Shown here: in pieces, positions 59,522 through 64,000 of the stretch
Layout of the letters: each line of letters begins with the position of its first letter
How positions within the stretch are numbered: the stretch's first letter is position 1
From: an uncultured virus (IMG/VR IMGVR_UViG_3300047458_000106)
Taxonomy: Duplodnaviria > Heunggongvirae > Uroviricota > Caudoviricetes
Virus record (IMG/VR): IMGVR_UViG_3300047458_000106
Direction: 5' to 3' (one strand)
Length of the DNA: 64,000 bases
Position numbers and translations under genes: made by a program
Notes under the pieces: generated by a model
What the model saw: the letters and a program-made list of their open reading frames with translations, nothing else
Databases searched by the model: none
What the model was told of the DNA's origin: nothing

Positions 59522-59534
59522 AAAACACCTTTTG

Positions 59535-59542
59535 TATAAATA
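59535..59542 (+). promoter_or_regulatory. Late promoter of gp18-gp19
   Basis: Intergenic TATAAATA. Confidence 0.75.
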
Positions 59543-59609
59543 AAAGCATATATTGAAATATAACCGTATTATGATAACTTATAATTAGACAAACGAATAG
59601 GATAGAATC

Positions 59610-61394
59610 ATGGCATTATTTACACCTTCGGCATCGCCTGCGGTAACTGTAAAAGAAATCGACTTAACGGGAGTAGTCCCTAATGTTGCAACTAATACAG
59701 GTGCTTTTGTAGGTAACTTCGGTTGGGGACCAGTAGGAGAAACTACACTTGTTTCAAACGAAGCAGGACTAGTAGAAGTTTTTTCTGCACCAACAACTGA
59801 CAATACGGTTGACTTTCACTCGGCCGCTTTCTTTTTAAAATACTCTAATGCACTACAAGTAGTACGTGAGACAGACTCAGATGCTAGAAACTCTCTAGCA
59901 GTTAACAATAAAACTGGTACTAATGCAGTAGCAACTAACCAAGCATTAAACAATTTAAATGCATTTGAGGCCGCATCAATCGACTCAAATGATGGTGCAT
60001 TTATTGGAAGATTTCCAGGGGCATTAGGTAACTCTTTATTAGTATCAGTCTGTGGAAGTTCAGACTCAGACGGTAGTGGTGCTATTAATTTTAATTCATG
60101 GACATACAAATCACAATTTGATGCCGCACCAGGGACTTCTTCATTTGTAAGTGGTCTTGGTGGTAAAAACGATGAAATACATATAGCAGTTGTTGACGAA
60201 GATGGTGAAATATCAGGAACTGCTGGTACAGTTTTAGAAACATATCCTTTCTTATCAGTTGCCTCTAATGCAAAAGCAACTGATGGTACGTCTAATTATT
60301 ACAAAGATGTTATCAAAGCACGTTCAGAATACATTTATGCTGGCGCATTTCATAGACATGGTGATTCAGATGGAATCAACGATTTCTCTGGTGCTTTATG
60401 GGATACTGCGGCAGTAAATGGTTCTCAAAACTTTGCTTCTGATGTAACTTTTGGAACAGGTCAAAACGAATGGTCATTTACTGGTGGTGCTAGTTCATCA
60501 TCATTAGGTACAGATGACATATTAAGAGGTTTTGATAAGTTTGAAGATGTTGACAATATTGAAGTCGACTTCTTAATTGCTCCAGAATCTATCGCAGATG
60601 CTAATGCAACTACAGTTGTAAATGACTTAGTTGCTACTGCATCATCATTAAGAAAAGATTGTGTAGCAGTTGCATCGCCTAGTAGAAATGCGGCAGTCAC
60701 ACTTGGTACAAATACGGCAGTATTAGCATGTAATAATACATACACTAAATCATCTTATCTAGTACAAGATAATAATTATCTGAAAGTATTTGATAAGTAT
60801 AACGACCAATTTATTAAGATTCCTGCGGCATCAAGTACTGCAGGTCTAATGGCGGCAACTGACTTAGTTGCGGCAAATTGGTTCTCACCTGCTGGACAAA
60901 GACGTGGTAGATATCTAGGTATTACAGATATCGAATTAAGTCCAAATAAATCTGAAAGAGATACACTTTATAAAGCAGGTATAAACCCAATAGCAAATAT
61001 ACCAGGTCAAGGTATTATGTTGTTCGGTGATAAAACTAACGAATCTAGACCATCTGCATTTGATAGAATCAATGTCAGACGATTATTCTTAGGTATAGAA
61101 AGAGCAATTGCGATTGCTGGTAGAAATGTAATGTTTGAATTCAACGATGAGTTTACTCGTGCTGAGTTCGTAAACATTGTCGAACCTTTCTTAAGAGAAA
61201 TTCAAGGTCGAAGGGGTATAACAGACTTTAGGGTTGTTTGTGATTCAACAAATAACACCGCGGCAGTTATAGATAGAAACGAGTTTATTGCAAGTATATT
61301 TATTAAACCTGCAAGAAGCATTAACTTTGTGACTCTTAACTTTGTAGCAGTTAGAACTGGTGTAGAGTTTGAAGAAGTCGTAGGAACAGTTTAA
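59610..61394 (+). CDS. gp18: Tail sheath gp18
   Basis: SPAVTVKEIDLT, FGWGP, WFSPAG, FGDKT, FDRINVRRLF, KPARSINF. Confidence 0.97.
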   Translation: MALFTPSASPAVTVKEIDLTGVVPNVATNTGAFVGNFGWGPVGETTLVSNEAGLVEVFSAPTTDNTVDFHSAAFFLKYSNALQVVRETDSDARNSLAVNNKTGTNAVATNQALNNLNAFEAASIDSNDGAFIGRFPGALGNSLLVSVCGSSDSDGSGAINFNSWTYKSQFDAAPGTSSFVSGLGGKNDEIHIAVVDEDGEISGTAGTVLETYPFLSVASNAKATDGTSNYYKDVIKARSEYIYAGAFHRHGDSDGINDFSGALWDTAAVNGSQNFASDVTFGTGQNEWSFTGGASSSSLGTDDILRGFDKFEDVDNIEVDFLIAPESIADANATTVVNDLVATASSLRKDCVAVASPSRNAAVTLGTNTAVLACNNTYTKSSYLVQDNNYLKVFDKYNDQFIKIPAASSTAGLMAATDLVAANWFSPAGQRRGRYLGITDIELSPNKSERDTLYKAGINPIANIPGQGIMLFGDKTNESRPSAFDRINVRRLFLGIERAIAIAGRNVMFEFNDEFTRAEFVNIVEPFLREIQGRRGITDFRVVCDSTNNTAAVIDRNEFIASIFIKPARSINFVTLNFVAVRTGVEFEEVVGTV

Positions 61395-61405
61395 GGAGAT
61401 AAGTA

Positions 61406-61933
61406 ATGGCAATAATGGGCGTAGATGATTTTAAATCCAAGATAAGAGGTGGTGGTGCTAGACCTAATCTCTTTAAAGCGACTATTAACTTTCCTGCATA
61501 TGCAGAAGCAGACGTTGAATTGACTTCATTTTTATGTAAGGCCGCTCAATTACCTGCGGCAGTTATGAATGAGTTAATTGTACCTTTTAGAGGTCGTCAA
61601 CTTAAAGTAGCAGGTGATAGAACGTTTGAATCTTGGACTGCAACAATAATTAACGATACTGATTTTAATGTTAGAAATGCTATGGAAAGATGGCAGAATG
61701 GTATTAACAATCATAAAGCAAATACTGGTCTAACAAACCCTGTTGATTATCAAGCAGATTTAATCGTAGAACAGTTAGACCGAGACGAATCGGTCATCAA
61801 GACTTATAATTTTAGAGGTGCATTCCCTATAAATATTAGTGCAATTGACTTAAACTATGAAACAGTAGACACTATTGAAGAGTTTACAGTTGAGTTTGCA
61901 ATACAATATTGGGAAAGTAACACTACATCGTAG
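61406..61933 (+). CDS. gp19: Tail tube gp19
   Basis: GGARPNLF, FRGRQLKVAGDRTFESW, IEEFTVEF. Confidence 0.97.
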   Translation: MAIMGVDDFKSKIRGGGARPNLFKATINFPAYAEADVELTSFLCKAAQLPAAVMNELIVPFRGRQLKVAGDRTFESWTATIINDTDFNVRNAMERWQNGINNHKANTGLTNPVDYQADLIVEQLDRDESVIKTYNFRGAFPINISAIDLNYETVDTIEEFTVEFAIQYWESNTTS

Positions 61934-61945
61934 TCTTAAAACATA

Positions 61946-61953
61946 TATAAATA
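61946..61953 (+). promoter_or_regulatory. Late promoter of gp20
   Basis: TATAAATA. Confidence 0.7.
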
Positions 61954-61982
61954 AAGAGTAAGAATAAAACTTGCTCTTTATT
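61950..61982 (+). terminator. 13-bp hairpin after gp19 (possible terminator)
   Basis: aataaagagtaag / cttgctctttatt with one G-U pair. Confidence 0.55.
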
Positions 61983-62015
61983 ATGGGCGAATTGAATATA
62001 ATATGAGAAATATAT

Positions 62016-63551
62016 ATGGCAGAACAAGACAATAGTATTCTGAAACTTTTTGGTTTTGAACTAAAAAGAGCAGAAGATAAACAAAAAGAAGAGAAAAAGA
62101 AAAAACTTCAATCAGTGGTCACACCCACAGACCCTGATGGTGCTGGATATGTAACTGCAAGTGGGTCTCACTATGGCCAGTTCATTGACATGGACGGCAA
62201 TCAAGCAAAAGATAATAGACAACTAGTACTTAAATATCGTGGTGTTGCAGTTCACCCAGAAGTCGATGCGGCGATAGAAGATATTGTTAATGAAGCAATC
62301 GTAGGGTCTGAAAATGAAGCACCAGTCGAATTAAATCTTGATAACGTAGATGCACCAGACAATATCAAGAAAACAATGATAGAAGAATTCAATAAAGTTA
62401 TTGGTATGATGAAGTTTACTGAAATGGGTACAGATATCTTTAGGTCTTATTACATTGATGGTAGACTATATCATCACTTAATAGTCAACGAATCACAACC
62501 TAAACTTGGTATACAAGACATTCGAAACATTGATGCTACTAAAATAAGAAAAGTTAAGAATGTCAAATACAAGAAAGACCCTGCAACTGGTGCCAAGATT
62601 GTAGATAAAGTAGAAGAGTTTTACATCTTTCAAGAAAAGACTGGTAGTAATCAGGGTGTGAGATTATCACCTGATTCAGTATCATATGTTACATCTGGTC
62701 TTATGGACCCAACAAAGAAAACTGTTGTATCTTATTTACACAAAGCATTAAAACCAATCAATCAATTAAGAATGATGGAAGACTCTCTTGTAATCTATCG
62801 ATTAGCAAGAGCGCCAGAAAGAAGAATATTCTACATCGATGTTGGTAATATGCCAAGAGGTAAATCAGAAGCATATATGAAAGACATTATGACTCGTTAT
62901 CGAAACAAGTTAGTTTATGATGCAAGTACTGGTGAATTAAAAGATGATAGAAAGCACATGTCAATGCTTGAGGACTTTTGGTTACCTAGACGTGAAGGTG
63001 GTAGAGGAACAGAAATTACTACATTACCTGGTGGTGAAAACTTAGGTCAAATAGATGATATTGTTTACTTTCAGAAAAGATTGTATCGTTCATTGAACGT
63101 ACCACTTAGCAGATTAGAACAAGAAGCACAATTTAGTCTTGGTAGAAGTACTGAGATTAATCGTGATGAAGTCAAGTTTCAAAAGTTTATTGACAAAGTA
63201 AGAAAAAGATTTTCAAAACTCTTTACTGAGATATTAAGAAAGCAACTAATCCTCAAAGGTATTATTACTGATGGAGATTGGAATCTCTGGAAGAACGACA
63301 TTACTGTTGACTTCTTAAGAGATAATCACTTTGCAGAGTTGAAAGACTCCGAGATATTACAGAATAGATTAAATACTATGGACCAAATATCTCAATACGT
63401 AGGTGAATATTTCTCACGTGAGTGGGTAATGAAAAACGTCATGCAAATGTCCGAAGAAGACATTGACGAAATGAAGGCGCAAGTTGAAGGTGAAAATGCC
63501 GCTAGTGGTGGCGATGAAGAATCAGATGCTGGCGGTGATGATAACTTTTAA
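62016..63551 (+). CDS. gp20: Portal protein gp20
   Basis: SYLHKALKPINQLRMMEDSLVIYRLARAPERRIFYIDVGN, EDFWLPRREGGRGTEI. Confidence 0.98.
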   Translation: MAEQDNSILKLFGFELKRAEDKQKEEKKKKLQSVVTPTDPDGAGYVTASGSHYGQFIDMDGNQAKDNRQLVLKYRGVAVHPEVDAAIEDIVNEAIVGSENEAPVELNLDNVDAPDNIKKTMIEEFNKVIGMMKFTEMGTDIFRSYYIDGRLYHHLIVNESQPKLGIQDIRNIDATKIRKVKNVKYKKDPATGAKIVDKVEEFYIFQEKTGSNQGVRLSPDSVSYVTSGLMDPTKKTVVSYLHKALKPINQLRMMEDSLVIYRLARAPERRIFYIDVGNMPRGKSEAYMKDIMTRYRNKLVYDASTGELKDDRKHMSMLEDFWLPRREGGRGTEITTLPGGENLGQIDDIVYFQKRLYRSLNVPLSRLEQEAQFSLGRSTEINRDEVKFQKFIDKVRKRFSKLFTEILRKQLILKGIITDGDWNLWKNDITVDFLRDNHFAELKDSEILQNRLNTMDQISQYVGEYFSREWVMKNVMQMSEEDIDEMKAQVEGENAASGGDEESDAGGDDNF

Positions 63552-63565
63552 TCTAGGAGAATAGA

Positions 63566-63769
63566 ATGGATTATATAAAAGACTTGTATGCAAAAATTAA
63601 AGCATGGTTTATCGGTGTTGCTGACCAAGACGGTGACGGTGATGTAGATAAAGAAGATGCTAAGATTGTTGCTAAGAAGGCCAAAACTGCAGTAAAAAAG
63701 ACTGCAACTAAGGCAAAAACTGCAGTTAAGAAAGCAACTGCTAAAAAGAAAACAACTAAAAAGGCGTAA
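63566..63769 (+). CDS. Small EF-hand-like protein with a histone H1-like K/A/T tail
   Basis: DQDGDGDVDKED loop, then AKKAKTAVKK repeats; SD AGGAG. Confidence 0.7.
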   Translation: MDYIKDLYAKIKAWFIGVADQDGDGDVDKEDAKIVAKKAKTAVKKTATKAKTAVKKATAKKKTTKKA

Positions 63770-63771
63770 TT

Positions 63772-64000
63772 ATGATTAACGAAAACGAAGAACAACAAGA
63801 ATTAGAACTTGATGACAACGTTTCTGACCAAGAAGTTGAAGCAGAATTAGACCAACCTACAGAAGTAGAGTATCATGACCAAGATGATATGCCATCTGCG
63901 GTTGATGATGCCGCAGAGGTTATGTCTAATCCTCAAGCAGATATGATTGACCAGATATTAGATGGCGACTTAACTAATGCTGAAGGTTCTTTTAAAGATA
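63772..64000 (+). CDS. Acidic prohead core protein (gp67-like), 3'-truncated by the window edge
   Basis: MINENEEQQELELDD...DMIDQILDGDLTNAEGSFKD; position after the portal gene. Confidence 0.55.
   Translation, partial: MINENEEQQELELDDNVSDQEVEAELDQPTEVEYHDQDDMPSAVDDAAEVMSNPQADMIDQILDGDLTNAEGSFKD

Noticed and set aside
25856..60745. Numerous 60-190 aa minus-strand ORFs inside structural genes
   Set aside because: Shadow ORFs arising from codon bias of the plus-strand genes; no promoters, RBSs or recognisable motifs
57902..63551. Introns or inteins in terminase, sheath or portal genes
   Set aside because: The ORFs are continuous and of ordinary length, with no intein or homing-endonuclease motifs
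1..64000. tRNA or other structured RNA genes; stop-codon reassignment
   Set aside because: Intergenic gaps are short and I saw no cloverleaf or T-loop motif by eye (tRNAscan and Infernal not run); TAA, TAG and TGA all terminate conserved genes at expected positions

Overview
A 64-kb, AT-rich segment of a T4-like myophage genome in the standard genetic code. An AOX-type oxidase (not PTOX), a c-type cytochrome and consensus sigma70 early promoters suggest an aquatic heterotrophic bacterial host; this is inference. Layout: (1) 1-7.5 kb accessory island with alternative oxidase, cytochrome c, three SAM methyltransferases, several glycosyltransferases, a 2OG-Fe(II)-like oxygenase and a thermonuclease. 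(2) 7.5-9.3 kb minus-strand late genes. (3) 9.3-17.4 kb early genes behind TTGAC(A/T)-N17-TATAAT promoters, including a PD-(D/E)xK-like nuclease, a TAGT/GREB1-like plus GT-B glycosyltransferase pair, gp33 and gp32. (4) 17.4-64 kb T4-type virion module: tape measure-like, gp51/26/54/2/4, gp48/53/27, split gp5, gp25/6/7/8, VrlC, fibres, gp13-20. Strongest observations: Asp-Ser (DS) motifs are enriched across outer virion proteins next to phage-encoded glycosyltransferases (candidate virion O-glycosylation system); a fibre has two 19-unit Phe tetrapeptide arms whose Gly pattern is complementary in antiparallel register at 17 of 18 positions; a -1 slippery site would fuse gp26 to gp51 like lambda G/GT; several late promoters place +1 on the ATG; gp32 and the DNA glycosyltransferase share a 19-nt leader; and GATC, AGCT and GCWGC are strongly avoided. 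All family assignments come from motif recognition and synteny, not database searches, and all counts are manual.
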